Origin: Perkinsela sp. CCAP 1560/9
Taxonomy: Eukaryota > Protista > Euglenozoa: Kinetoplastea
Assembly: GCA_965644495.1 (NCBI GenBank)
Contig: CBFFSA010000009.1
Location: 434,001-498,000, forward strand
DNA length: 64,000 bases
Direction of reading: 5' to 3'
Positions 18,213 through 30,428 of this stretch are shown here, in pieces (the stretch's first letter is position 1; each line of letters opens with the position of its first letter). The translations under genes were made by a program, and so were the position numbers. The notes beneath the pieces were generated by a model. The model searched no databases. It was given only the letters and a program-made list of their open reading frames with translations, and was not told the origin of the DNA.

Positions 18213-20951
18213 TCAGTCCATATCCATCGCACTTGGTGTCGTCTTCGCACATTCGGACACGTTTCCTTCAGCTTGACAGGTCTCTTCTTCCCCTTCCGTC
18301 ACTTCCGGCATGTCATCTTTGCTCTCTGTGCTTGTTTTCTCTGCCTCTTTCTTCGTTTCCGGAGTCTCTGGCTTCGGAGGAGGTGGCTTGACCTTTTTCA
18401 AGATCGGACGTAGACCTTGTTCCACCTCAATCACTTTCTTCTGCATCATCTCAGGCGTAAAGCAGGGTGTGAGATAACGAGCACTGGACTCATACTTCCC
18501 CCGTGTCTCCACCACCCACTGATTCGCGTCCTGAATACTCTGATGAGCTTTTTCCAGCTCCTCTGCGGTGTGCCACCCCCCTGCGGCCTCCGGCTTTAAT
18601 TTTCTTACCTCTGCCGCAAGTCTTTCCATTTCTTTTTCAAAACAACTGACGCGATAGGGAATCTCCTCGGCATTTCGGTAGCGTGAGCAAGCCGCATTCG
18701 CGATTTCCTGCAAAGGCGTGAGTCGTGCAAGAATTTCCTCTTTACTGGCTTCCTCACCTTGTTCAGACTCCAGCCAGGAGGCACTGGTAGCGCAGTCTTG
18801 TTCAAATTTTTGTATGTTTTCTGGAGAGGTGAAGGCGTGCCACAGCCCGGAAGGCTCCACGATTTTGTGTTTGACTTCATAAAAGTAACTTTCGAGGGTA
18901 TTTCGAGCTTCGATGGTTTCTTGTACGAGTTGATCACTGGCATGCATTCGTTTCTCCCCGGTGGTAGCATTGAGCATTTCTTCGGGACTTAGAGAAGTCG
19001 TGTAGTGAGCATCCAGCGTCAGAGGTAATTTCTTGGACTCTCGACGAACCTTTCGCGTAGGAGGAGGTACGTCTTCAGGTTTTGCTGCCATTTCTTCTGT
19101 TTTGGAGTCCTCCGCTGTCTCTGAATTTGTGGACTCCGGTTTCTTTTCGTTCTCTTTTTCTTTTACTGTTTCTTTGGGAATAATTTTTTCCTCCGTCTCA
19201 TAGTTAGAAGAGCTGTGCGCGGAGTCTACCTCAAGGGTGCCATATTTCAGGGAGTACCGAAATCGAACCCGGACGTTCGTTCTAGAAATATTTTCGGCGT
19301 TTTCAGGAAAGGTCGCAATCGGGGGCTTCCCTAGGGTCACCTCGCCGAGATAACCCGCATGGGGACCTAATCGATGTGAAATCTCTTCTGCGCTCTGCGG
19401 CTCGTACGCGAAACAGAGACGAAAACTGTCATCACGTTCAAAGGTTAGGTCGAGGGACTTTGCGTAGGTTTCCCCAGGTTTAAACAGCAGTAAAACTTTG
19501 TTAATATCTTGAAATCGGGAAGAGAGAAGATTTGGGGGAAGAGTTGCAGGAGTACCGATGGCCGCACTGTAGTACCCGATCTGAATCCCCCACGGAAGTG
19601 ACTCCTGAATGTCGTAATTTCGCACCTTATATTTCGGAGATTGCATGGCGGCAAAGATGGCACATCCTTTCGCAACGGATTCTGTGGCATTGAGAGTGGC
19701 GCTCGGAACAATATTAAAGATCTTCTCCAAGACCGATTTTAGAATTGGAATACGTGAACCACCGCCTAGAAGCTCAACACTGTATGAGGGCAGACCCTCG
19801 CCTCCCAAAGATTCTACCAAGCGGGTTAATCCTTGAAAAGCTCTTTCACACAACGTGGTAAACTTTTGAAGAAAGGGGTCTTCAATCAAATTCTCAAGCA
19901 GTTCTCGTTTGTTCTCAGAGAAGCTTACATCCACATCGTTCAGTAAACACTCCAGGTGGAGAGGAGCGCTACTATTTGCGGACAGCATGGTCTTCAGCTT
20001 CTCACATGCATGTAGCAATCGAGTCTTTGCCTTGGCACTCTCCAGCACATCCAACTTATACTTGTTCCGAATTTCCTGCACGAAATGGTCCCGCAACAGG
20101 TAGTCAATCTCTCGCGTACCGAGATCCACATCATAGACCGTATGAATCACTTTCATTTTCGAGCGCCAAAAAGAGACCAAAGAAATTGTCGTCGCGCTGT
20201 GCCCAATATCGACAAAAAACACAAGATGGCCTAATGTGGGAAAGGACGGAGCGGGAGATTCCGAAGCTGATTCCTTTTTCGATGCATCGCCATTCTCTTT
20301 TGACTGCACGGGGGCTTTCGGGGTTACCATTTCCTCTGGAAACGTCGTTGATTTAAAAATACCATAATCCAACGCCGCGGCGGTGGTCTCATTGAGCAAC
20401 CCCATGCAGTTCAGCCCGGCAATCGTACAGGACTGTAGAATCGCTCGGCGCTGAGGAATGGTGTAATACGCCGGACAGCTGACGACACAATCGGAAGCCT
20501 GGGTAGCGGACATCGAGCCAACGTTGCCGGAAATCGCCTGTGCACTCTCCACGCTATCCTTCTCCACGATCTCACGAAGCTGCGTGAGCATCATGGCAAG
20601 AATTTGCGGCGGGGAGAAGTTGTGTTTCTCATTTTGGTAGGAGACCGCGAACGAAACGTTTACATCTTCGACGGATTCAATTTCGAACAACACCCTTTGC
20701 CGCTCGCAGACCAGCATGGGGGAGTCCCCTTTCATGCCCATAAACCTTTTTAAATTGTGAATGGTGTTTTTCGCGTTTCGAATGGCATGATCCAGACCCT
20801 TCTCCCCGATGTGACGTTCGGTGGGGCTAAAGCTTACATAGGTGGCGTTGTCACGCTTGGAAATTTCGTTGAGTAGAACATCCACACCACCGCGACGTGT
20901 GACAGCGACACGACAATGTGCGTTACCGAAGTCAATCCCAAAGGCCGACAT
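18213..20951 (-). CDS. HSP110: Hsp110/Sse1 family heat shock protein
   Basis: 912 aa. GIDFGN..RGGVDVLLNE, NETTAAALDYG, ELLGGGSRIP, acidic loop, and C-terminal MDMD. Confidence 0.93.
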   Translation of the reverse strand: MSAFGIDFGNAHCRVAVTRRGGVDVLLNEISKRDNATYVSFSPTERHIGEKGLDHAIRNAKNTIHNLKRFMGMKGDSPMLVCERQRVLFEIESVEDVNVSFAVSYQNEKHNFSPPQILAMMLTQLREIVEKDSVESAQAISGNVGSMSATQASDCVVSCPAYYTIPQRRAILQSCTIAGLNCMGLLNETTAAALDYGIFKSTTFPEEMVTPKAPVQSKENGDASKKESASESPAPSFPTLGHLVFFVDIGHSATTISLVSFWRSKMKVIHTVYDVDLGTREIDYLLRDHFVQEIRNKYKLDVLESAKAKTRLLHACEKLKTMLSANSSAPLHLECLLNDVDVSFSENKRELLENLIEDPFLQKFTTLCERAFQGLTRLVESLGGEGLPSYSVELLGGGSRIPILKSVLEKIFNIVPSATLNATESVAKGCAIFAAMQSPKYKVRNYDIQESLPWGIQIGYYSAAIGTPATLPPNLLSSRFQDINKVLLLFKPGETYAKSLDLTFERDDSFRLCFAYEPQSAEEISHRLGPHAGYLGEVTLGKPPIATFPENAENISRTNVRVRFRYSLKYGTLEVDSAHSSSNYETEEKIIPKETVKEKENEKKPESTNSETAEDSKTEEMAAKPEDVPPPTRKVRRESKKLPLTLDAHYTTSLSPEEMLNATTGEKRMHASDQLVQETIEARNTLESYFYEVKHKIVEPSGLWHAFTSPENIQKFEQDCATSASWLESEQGEEASKEEILARLTPLQEIANAACSRYRNAEEIPYRVSCFEKEMERLAAEVRKLKPEAAGGWHTAEELEKAHQSIQDANQWVVETRGKYESSARYLTPCFTPEMMQKKVIEVEQGLRPILKKVKPPPPKPETPETKKEAEKTSTESKDDMPEVTEGEEETCQAEGNVSECAKTTPSAMDMD

Positions 20952-21999
20952 AGGAGAGAATATGTGAGAAATTAATTTTCTCGTAGTAAATACTAATTAA
21001 AATGTTGTAAGTTGGGATAGTAGTTAAATTTCTGCAGTACAGTAGTGTTCCGGCCATGTTGCAGGAGTTCCTTCGAGGGTGTGTGACAAAGATTGATAAA
21101 ATAAATGGTGCAAAAGTGATTTCTGGAGGAAGCGGATTAATGAAAAAGTATGCTAAGGGCTTCAGCTCTTGAAAAATAAAAGCATAAATGCGAACAAAGG
21201 CACTAAAAGTCGTATATCCAAAAAAGTTCAAAATACAAAAAAAGTCTTGATACTGGTTTTTTGCCTTTCCTCTCTCCCACTTTCAAGTCCCCATATCACG
21301 TTGGGAACGCAAGACAAAAAGGCCGGCAAAGTATATCCTGGTCCGGTGATTCCACTCATTTAGATTCACAGTTACACCTTATTACGTCTTGTATCACATA
21401 GCTTTCAAATCCTGCAAAGGCAGGTACTTTAAACTCATAACGTTACTTCCATGATTTAGCCTCTTTTTCAAAAAGTAGAGAAGATAAGTCACCTAACACC
21501 TGCAAACCATTCTGGGTAATTTAATTCTGGATTTTTTTCAAGACTCTAAGAAGAAGTACTCTACTTACATGTGGAGATACTTACTGTATTTTGACTGCGA
21601 TCATCCTAAGGATGATACGAAGTATTTCTTTAAATACGAAGTATTTCTTTGTTACTCGATTCGTCTCGGTAATTCTAAAACTATCTCCTTCTGCAATATA
21701 TTTTTCCATATGTTACTGAATAAAAAAAGGTCTTTTGAGACTTTTAATACCAGTAAGGTTGCTGTTTCCCTGCGGCCAAACGGTGAAAGTATCGCAGTGA
21801 TACCAAACATGGAAGATACGGTAGGAAAGCCACTCAAACGATAAAGGTACCGTTTCTGTGAAAGCAACTTTCTCCGGCAGCTGGACACAAACTCAATGTG
21901 GGGGGGTTAAAAGGAAAAGAAATGGGGAAAAATGGGAAAGTAAGGTCTCCTCCTCGTCGTCTTCCATGGCACTGCCATCGAATCGATGGTACCAACGCC

Positions 22000-22089
22000 T
22001 ACCTAAACCACACTACTGTGGTTTAGGTACGGTAAACGCGTAGGGCATCGTAACATTCACCTCGGAATGTTACGATGCCCTACGCGTTT
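22000..22089. repeat. Two adjacent perfect palindromes (13-bp and 25-bp arms)
   Basis: tacctaaaccaca-ctac-tgtggtttaggta (22000-22029) and aaacgcgtagggcatcgtaacattc-acctcg-gaatgttacgatgccctacgcgttt (22034-22089). Confidence 0.9.
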
Positions 22090-22232
22090 TTTAACATGCC
22101 ACATCAAAATTTCCTACATCGCATAATTTAAATGATGTCGAGGAGCATAACCCATTGAGCGCCTATTCGAATTTTAGAACCGGAAGACGCTGTGTCGCAT
22201 TTTTGTGATCAAAGCGATGATGAAACTAACCT

Positions 22233-22619
22233 ATGCGCTTTTTCCTGCTTTTCCGATTTTCTGGAAGGCTAAAATTTTGTGGCAGGCCAACTCTTCGGGA
22301 AGTCCTCACTGGAGTTCCGAAGACAATAGTGTTTTCGTTTTTCTCTGGTAACTCAGCTCATTTTCGGGGCGTGTCTGAGTACCGCAAAGAAAAGTTTTGG
22401 CTACGCTTTTGTCATTTTTCAAATGTGTGCCGACGCCGGGTGAACGGTTGTACACAACTTGTTTCTACCGACGCCGAAGAGTCAGTAAGCAAATTTCTTG
22501 ATACGAGCGCTCATATGAATGTCGACCGCGGTGCGTACACTACTATTGCGACTGGTGACGAGACTTCGGTGTGTTGGAAGTCCATAAGTGAGATAACCTA
22601 TGAATTCTATAGTCTATAG
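22233..22619 (+). pseudogene. pogo-like transposase remnant
   Basis: KFWLRFC..RR..TQ (CENP-B-type HTH end) and TGDETSV first catalytic Asp. Homologous to 26053-26492. Confidence 0.65.
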
Positions 22620-22717
22620 ACTCCGGACGTTCGATACCAGACGTTGCGAAAATAAAAAATCTTGACAGGAGCACAATCAACAGATTATACAGCCGAAAAC
22701 GCGAATGACAACAAATA

Positions 22718-25700
22718 CATACCTTCCGGGCTAAGTTAGCCACTTACACAATGAGCGTGTAAGTGGGATCTTACACGCGTGTAAGTTAGCCACTTACACA
22801 CTTTACAGAGAGTATGAAATATTCTTTGTCCACCTTTTGGTTTTTTGAACCAACGTTTTTGGTCGGCGCGTGTACCGTCAATGAGATGGCAGTGCCTGGT
22901 AAGTCCGAGAGCTTTCGGAGAAGGCAGCTTTACAGAAACAATATCTTTATCTTTTTTCGTTTGAGTAGTTTTCCTACTCTTATCCCCCTGTATACTCAGG
23001 GGTAGTATAGGTTTATAAAATATGTAAATAATTTCCCATTTTTTACAATGGGAAAAACAATGCGAATGAGAAGAACGGACGGAAAAATGAGAAAAAAAGT
23101 ATACTTTATCGTAATTAGCATCTGAGGATATAAAAATGCTTAAATTCAAAACATTACATGCAATTATAACGAATATTTTTTTTGGTGTACACCCCCTAGG
23201 CCCACCGGAAGCCTACCCTCCCCCCCGCCCTATCTTATCTTGAAATATATTGTCTTGAAATTTTAATTTTCAAAACATACAATGAAATATACGACGCATT
23301 GTAGAATCACTTAAAGTTACGAATCAATAATATTATCGGTTTCAATTTCAGAATGCGAACTCTCAGATGTGCACGTGTTATCTTCAGTATAGTAGCAACT
23401 GGTTTCTCCCTTTTGCGTATTGCACTGCTCAATAAGTTTTATCGACTTATCCAAATAAGGTAAATATGACATGTTTCCTCGTAAAAACATTTGATTTGCG
23501 ACTGTACATGTTCCAATACTGGCTTGTCGACTACTGTACTTGTTACTTAACACTGAAAGCCACGAATCGCATTGCGTTACTACATAAGGAAGCGAAATCC
23601 AATGTTTCGCTGCCCGATACACTTCCGGAAACATTGTCCGCCCGATGTCCTCCCACCACACGTGCTCGTTCGTGTGCTTGACGGGGCTTATGTGATAATT
23701 AGCGGCGGTAACAAAAGCATTCCAAGCAATCTCAGTAATACCAAACAAGTCTTCACTCTCATCTCGGAAAAATAGGTTGTTGGCGCGATGCACTGATATG
23801 GGACTAGCGCCCCGTACGAGCAAATAATTCACTATGCATATAGGAGAGAACCACATAACGTCCTGCCAAATCTTCATGTCGTGGTTTCTTTCGAGCCGGC
23901 TCCAATTTCGTTCAATGGCATCACTCAACCCAGATGGGGCATTTGGAGAAGCAGCAGGCTCACGAAGCCGTTCGAACATTGGAAAAACGCGTGTCGCAGT
24001 TGGCACCCGCTTTGAGTCAGAAAAACGGCGAAGGGCTGCGTGCAATTCCTTGCATTCGCTTCAAAACAACTTTCCTTCCTCTTGCAACTCTTCATGACCG
24101 TGAACCCGAAATAGTCGAGCACATTCCGCAACCGATTTAGATACGCGTTCGTTTTCTAGTTCTCGGTGCAGGTATTCCATAACAGTGCGCATTTCTTTAA
24201 CAAGAAAAGAGATAGAAACAAATTTGTCCAGCACCCACCGAGTGACGCCACCTAGTTTGGGGGTTTCTACGGCCCTATTGGCTCGTGAAATGTTCAAAGC
24301 TTCGGAAATCTGAGCTCCGTGTTTAATAAGAATTTCGTGCTTTTCCTTCGTATTATCTGCATTATTAAGTTCACTTAATAGTAAATCCGCGCTCTCTCCC
24401 ACAACGGGCTTCAGGACGTAAAGTGCTTCCCGAATTCGGGATTCGAGATTAAGTATCCAAGAATTGGGCGCGTCTTCCATTCCGAGGGCCCCATATGATT
24501 GCATGAAAAAAATTTCAGCGTCGACTACTCGCTTCTCAAACTTCGCAAGCTGGACGCCTAAGGCGACGCCCCTGTACTTGCCTTGCTTTGCACTAGTTTG
24601 TGCTCCAGAGTAGAATGCATTGCAGAAGGAACGCTTAAGTCGAAAAATAGGCTTGTTTTCGTAATCCTTTAATGTCTGTTTCGCAATGTTGTTAAGCACG
24701 TGTCCTACGCATCTCAACAAAGTTATCTTAGGCAGCCTCTCTCGTACCCCGAGTTGGATGTTGATGCGATCGGTGGAACCGATGTCTTGAATTCTCCCAT
24801 AAAACTCAGCTAAATTCCCCATGTATTCTTCGCATTCAATGCGAGCAACGTGATTCACAGTTGAGCCATCGACTTGTAAAAACCGTAGCTTGAAGATGCG
24901 ATCTTCGTGAAGCACTCCGGCCAAAGAATTTATCAGAGTATGTGCTGCTTCTTTCCCGTCAAAGGCGGCGTGTTTTCTACTATACATTGGAGGTAGTAGA
25001 AACTGTGCACTCGCAACGTACAACACTCCGATCAGAACATACTCATGCAGTAGGCGATCAATTCCCGCATCGAGAGCAATTCCGAAGAAGCATTCAGAAT
25101 CAACCTTCGATCTTATATGGGCCCACAGCTCATCAGCCAACTCTGCTTCCCATTCATGCAATTTTGTTGAGTGGTTCGGAAGCCGTGGCGCAATAACATG
25201 AGGTGGAAGGTTCGGACGGAAAACCACATGGCCCTTGAGGCAGACAAATTCGTGGAGGATAGCAAACACGGTAAAACCTTTCTAGTAAAGACGCTCACAG
25301 AATCAATATTTTCTTGATTTATCGATTCTTCAGACCCTTTACATTCGACGCGATGTTTGTAGTATACATTGTTGGAGGGGGAATGCGAGAAGAACGAACA
25401 ATGTTTACATTGAAAGTGTGCTCTGTTCCCGAAACTATTCCTGAGGACCTCATCAGTATTGCGCTGAGCATAGGCCTTGCATTTTTCATTGCGGGAGCTG
25501 TCAGGAGATCCACAACATTGTTCAAGTTTGAAATGTTCAGCCAAAAGTTTTTCCGACATTCGATGTCGTGACCTTCGTTCTGGTGTAGGAATGGTGCAAT
25601 TTGAAATTCTCTGCTCTACGGGGGTTGGTTGCGGAGCTCCTATTGCAATGCGAAGAGACGTGCGTTCTTCGCTCCGCTCCGAGACACTCAGACCCGCGGT

Positions 25701-25985
25701 TGATGAAGTTCCTGTTGGAGACTCATTCTCCTCCGTTGGCTGTGAATTCGTCTGTGTGTGTCCGCGTCTGCTTACGCGAGATCGCTTTCCCATAAAGTAA
25801 AAAGAGAAATGAAAGTCAGGAAAGAATGTATTCAGATGAAACACTATATTAAATTTGACTAGTTTCGTTTGGTAAGTACATATAATTATTTTTTTGCTGT
25901 ACACCTGTTACGAAACGGGTTACCAAAAAAGTGTGTAAGTGGCTAACTTACACGTGTACGTACACACATACACGCGGAAGGTATG
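22718..25985 (-). mobile_element. hAT-like DNA transposon, 3268 bp, 11-bp TIR, 6-bp TSD
   Basis: caaata|CATACCTTCCG ... CGGAAGGTATG|caaata. Subterminal repeats taagttagccacttacaca at both ends. Confidence 0.85.
23317..25793 (-). pseudogene. hAT-family transposase with one frameshift and one in-frame TGA
   Basis: BED-like CKHC..H..C, IALDAG, VDGSTVN, RCVGHVLN (CxxH), TRW, and WWED..FPEVYRAA..ISLP dimerisation motif. ORFs 24061-25269 and 23317-24045 share a frame, split by TGA at 24061-24063. Confidence 0.8.
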
Positions 25986-26052
25986 CAAATAGTACTTCTA
26001 GGCTACGGTCGCGCTAATCAACACCACCCTCCTTTGAAAAATCACAAACTCT

Positions 26053-26492
26053 ATGAAGAAGATGCTGCGATGCCCCGCACTAAGGGAGGCAATGGTCGGG
26101 GTCACAAAGCCTATGATGTTCAAATATTTCGCAGAAGTCTCCCAGCATTTTCGCACCGTCACTGAGAAAGGACAAAATAAATTTTGGTTGCGATGCTGTA
26201 AGTACGCAAAGTCAATGGCTGTACACAAATGGTTCCCGGGGATTGCGATGCTCGAGTAAACGAGTTCCTACAAATGATTACTTTAATGAATCAGGACCGA
26301 GGCGGTTACCCAGTAATCGTGACAGGTGATGAGACTTCAATATTATGGGAACGGATTACCGATATTTCGTATCAGTTCCGTGGTACGAAACGGGTCAAAA
26401 TCCGTACAAGAGGAAAAGAGAAGAACATGGCCACAGGATGGTTTCGTGCGCGCTCCGTCTTACAATCTATAAATTGCGCAATGGAGCTATGA
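26053..26492 (+). pseudogene. pogo-like transposase remnant
   Basis: KFWLRC.., TGDETSI..RGTKRVKIRTRGKEK..T, typical of the DDE_1/pogo region. Frameshifted. Confidence 0.7.
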
Positions 26493-27172
26493 TACCAACT
26501 GAGTGTGTGCATGCAAGTATTTGATCTTTATGTTCGTAACATGGTGAATCTGTGCCTTGGAACGTCTGGGAGACAATCACGTTGTTGCAAAAAGGGAGAT
26601 GCCCGTCACGAATAACTCAACAAAGTGTCCTTATATTACGAGAAATATTATATTCTTGTGCACGTGAAAAAGCATGTTATGAATGTCTATAGTATAGAAG
26701 CGTGTGCTCCGATCGCAACTTTTGCTATTTTAAAGCAACTGAAAGATTGTCTAAGCCGACTTAACTTTGTTGGTACTGGATACAACATTGTCCACATTGA
26801 TTGCCCACAATAACGAATTGGTGATAATGGGTGTGCACTGTATGTCGTCAACAACATGTACCGTACACTTTTTAAGCCTACCAGTGATTGCGGCGGTTGT
26901 ACAGGAGAGTCTATAAACGGCCTTTTTTGCTGTCAAAAATTACGTCCAGGTACTGCCAGATACTGCCAGCGACTGTCAGGTACTGCCAGGAAATGGGTCT
27001 TTTTCTAAAAGTATCATATAGAAAGAGGTGCGCACCCCCCTAGGCCCACCGGAAGGTTTTACACTAATATGCATCGATCATTCTTAAGACTACGTCCTTT
27101 TTTCACTCAAAAAATATATACTAAGTACATCACAAACTTCTATACATCCAAAATTCTGTACATCACATTTCT

Positions 27173-27968
27173 TTGCTTTTGGAACATAGAATTATATTTC
27201 TTTGCTTCCACTTATACTGCAAGCAGCAAAGCGCTACTGTTCTAGATGCGATCGAGATACTATGTTCAGTTCTCTTGTGCCGCCGGCTTGTCTGGATTGC
27301 GGTTTCTCTGACACGGAAAACTTCGTTTTTACTGAAGTTTGTCAGCACTGTTCCCAGAAATGTGTCCCAGTGGGGAAAACTCTTTGTCCACGGAACGCAA
27401 GACAAGGAAACTTTCTCCCCTGCACTAGTGGCCAAAATAAACGAACGGGGTCTTGACGTCGATCGCGTAAAGCATGTTTGTTGTGTGTACTCGGGGTGGA
27501 GTATCTGAGGGGCTGCGGGTATGATCTCGCGTGATCTCACGTGATCTCGTGTGATCTAGCTTTGAGGTCGTCCGACCACCGTCCAGAGCCAAATCCACTC
27601 TAGAGAGATCTCGCATGATCTCACGTGATCTCGCGTGATCTCATATTGGGCCTCACCCGCAGCCCCTCATCTGTGGTCAGACCATGTCGTTTTCCCAATT
27701 CGCACAAATGCTTTGCTTTATGCAAAATTGTGCAAAAGCAGGGCCGTACAAGGTCTATCTTAGTTCTGCAGAAGCGTTGGCATCTTGGTTAGGGCGCGCA
27801 CTGCAAGGGGGTGAAGCTACTAACCTGTCGAAAACTCTTCGTCGCATTTGGTCTTCCCCGAAACAACGTCAGGAACAACGCGATGCCCTCATCAAAACGA
27901 TTCAAAATAGATTGGGCGATTCGTCAAAGGAGCTGAAGATCTCTCGAGAAAGGGTCCATCGTGCGTAA
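27173..27968 (+). pseudogene. Unknown ORF (about 209 aa) interrupted by the MITE
   Basis: Removing the MITE plus one atct fuses 27173-27505 in frame with 27684-27968 (..GWSI-CGQT-MSFSQF..). Confidence 0.5.
27507..27668. mobile_element. 162-bp MITE of the GAGGGGCTGCG family, ATCT duplication
   Basis: 14-bp TIR gaggggctgcgggt with atct on both sides. 10-bp repeats gatctcgcgt near both ends. Confidence 0.9.
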
Positions 27969-28360
27969 TCTCTTCTTGAAGATTCAAGTCTCTCCAGGGA
28001 AGCTGATTTACAGCAGTTGAAGCACCTGAAGGTGGTGAGCGAAAAAATGGAAAGTCACTTGCGACATGTGAAGCGTCCGCCTCTACAACCTCGCGTCGAA
28101 AGCGAAAACGGAACAAAGTCAAAGCGGACGCGTACAGTCACTAGTAAAGTAACACATAATACTCTCAAATTCTCAAGTTGAGCAAAGTGGTTAGATGAAG
28201 GAAAAGTAAAGTTATGCAAGAAGAATAGATTGTAGATTGGTATAGGATTTTATCCTTGTATAAGGATCTATAAGGAGAATGGGTGAAGGAGATGTAAATA
28301 GTCAGAGGCAATACAAGCCATAATTTGGTGTACTCGCATATGGTTTATATAGACGATATA

Positions 28361-28937
28361 CAGTACGCAAAATCACTGTTCACATGTTTGACACTTTTTT
28401 ATTGTTGGTGTTTCCCTGTGGCCAGGTGTCGTGTGCATTGAAGTAGTATATCAGAGTAGTGTACGCGTGGGTACTACGTATATGTTGACATAGAGCTTCC
28501 GACTCAACCGGCTTTGTAACAAAAGTGTGATCGTATGCAAGTAAAGAAAAACATGTGAACAGTTTTTTTGCAATTTCGAAGTAAGATTTTTTAGGCGAAA
28601 AACACAATTTATTTATGCATAAAAACGAAGTATGTACCTTCAAATGAATACTAGCGGAACTCTTTCTTGCGCCTTGATTGATGTCTAAAAGCTTTGATTG
28701 ACGTCTATAAAAGGCTTTATATGCGCCTACGCATCCTGTCGACCAAGGAACGACTTAACCTTGTGGTATGCTTGCTCATTCCTATTTGGCCTGACTTTAG
28801 AGCTCCAGAACACCTGTGGATCGAGGTGCGCGGCTCGCAATCGTTCTTTTTGGATGTTCTTTGTATGTGTTCTGGGGCTCCGAGGTGCGCCTAATGGGCT
28901 GTGCATTCTAAAATCGTGTAAATCTCATTAACAGAGA
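28361..28937 (-). mobile_element. Tc1/mariner-like element end (copy 2 of 84-629)
   Basis: TA|CAGTACGCAAAATCACTGTTCACATG terminus; inverted near-identity with 84-629. Confidence 0.75.
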
Positions 28938-29721
28938 GGAACCATCAATGAAAAGAATGGTGTGGTTGGAGTTGCATTTTCTACCCATTTTTTATATAAT
29001 TTTTTTTTATACCCATTACGTTTTTATACCCATTACGTTCTGTAGCCTTGAATGCATGTCTACGAGTGATTTCCCACGTGCAAATATCGGATTCAGTGCT
29101 CTGAAAAATTTAACCAACTAACCAAATAACCAACTTAGTTGGTTATTGTCGCTCCGGGACAAGCTCGTACAACTCCTTCCTAGCGCACTTGAATGCGTAA
29201 AGACGTACATGTCTACGACGCCTTTCCTGGGAGAAGCTTCCTCAAAGGAAGGAAGTGGACACAGAACGCGGAGCACAAGCAATCCTTCGGGCCGTGAATG
29301 CACTGAAAAGCGGCAATTTCTGTAGCCGCGAGGTCCCGCAGCCAGTTCTTGTGGCTCTACGCGACCGCTTATATCTATGTTTACAAGGACGCCCTCACCA
29401 CCCGAGATACCCCACCTTCATCCCCCCACTGAGAAGAACATCGCAAAGGGGGCAGCGTGCCCAAAGAGATGCAAGCGGCCTTTTGTTCCGCGATGGGGAC
29501 ACGGGAAGATGCTCTGAAGTATTGCACCAGTGTCTGACGCACATTGGTTTCTGCGCTGCAACTTGGCTTATTCCAGGGCATAAGCAGGCGGTGCGCAATG
29601 CCGTCGGTACCCGCCCTAATGCGGTGTACTACTCAAAGCTCTTCTGTGAGTCCCCTCCGGGCTCACTTACCGCCTTGGAGTCAGTGGGCGTGCGCCTGGG
29701 AGTTTGGGCTCTCCTATGTAA

Positions 29722-30248
29722 CCCGGGGTGCGGATAAATATATTAAATGCAGATTAATATTTCAATTCGCTTTAATATTAAAATTTTATTTAAATATTAA
29801 CCTGTTTGCACATTAATATTTAAATGCAGATTAATATTTAAATCGTTTTTTTTCCTATGGAAACCTTTCTTGTAGATCGTTTTCAAGAAAGTGTCAAGAT
29901 ACATTCAACTGAACGGTCATCCTCGGAAGTTACCTGGGAAATTAAATCGGGATGTGAGTCCCTTTCAGATGATAACGGTGTTGAGAGTGACTCCGGAAGT
30001 TCCGAAAGTACAGAAGAAAGTGTATCTTGTCCAATCTCGGACCTTGACAATGACATGCAAAGTGAAGTAAGACCCAAAACGAGATCACGCGCAATCATAC
30101 ACGCAGCCCCTAATTCGCAAAAAAGGATCATACCTTGAAAAACATTCTGGAATTTAAATATTGACCTGCTTGCACATTAATATTTGAATCGTTTTCTCTT
30201 GCGGATTAATATTTAAATTGGAATTTAAATATTAATCCGCACCCCGGG
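29722..30248. mobile_element. piggyBac-like non-autonomous element
   Basis: gtaa|CCCGGGGTGCGGAT ... ATCCGCACCCCGGG|ttaa. AT-rich subterminal repeats attaatattt. Internal acidic ORF 29857-30138. Confidence 0.7.
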
Positions 30249-30428
30249 TTAAGCTGGGCGCCGTGCTTCCACCGTTTCAGTTAAAACATGAAAATACCTA
30301 TGTGACAGCCGAAACACTGGAGAAGCTAATGTTGGACGACGTGTCAGATCGCTCGAATCAGTCAATCGTTTCTTTTCTGACGGGGCACACGGGAGCTCTG
30401 AGCGTCATTACTGGCGCTCAAACAAATA

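Noticed and set aside
24061-24063. TGA readthrough or alternative genetic code in the hAT transposase
   Set aside because: Hsp110 and other host genes end at TGA at the expected position, so a nonsense mutation is simpler.
29100-29717. Possible gag-like or TE coding relic
   Set aside because: No diagnostic motif could be supported.
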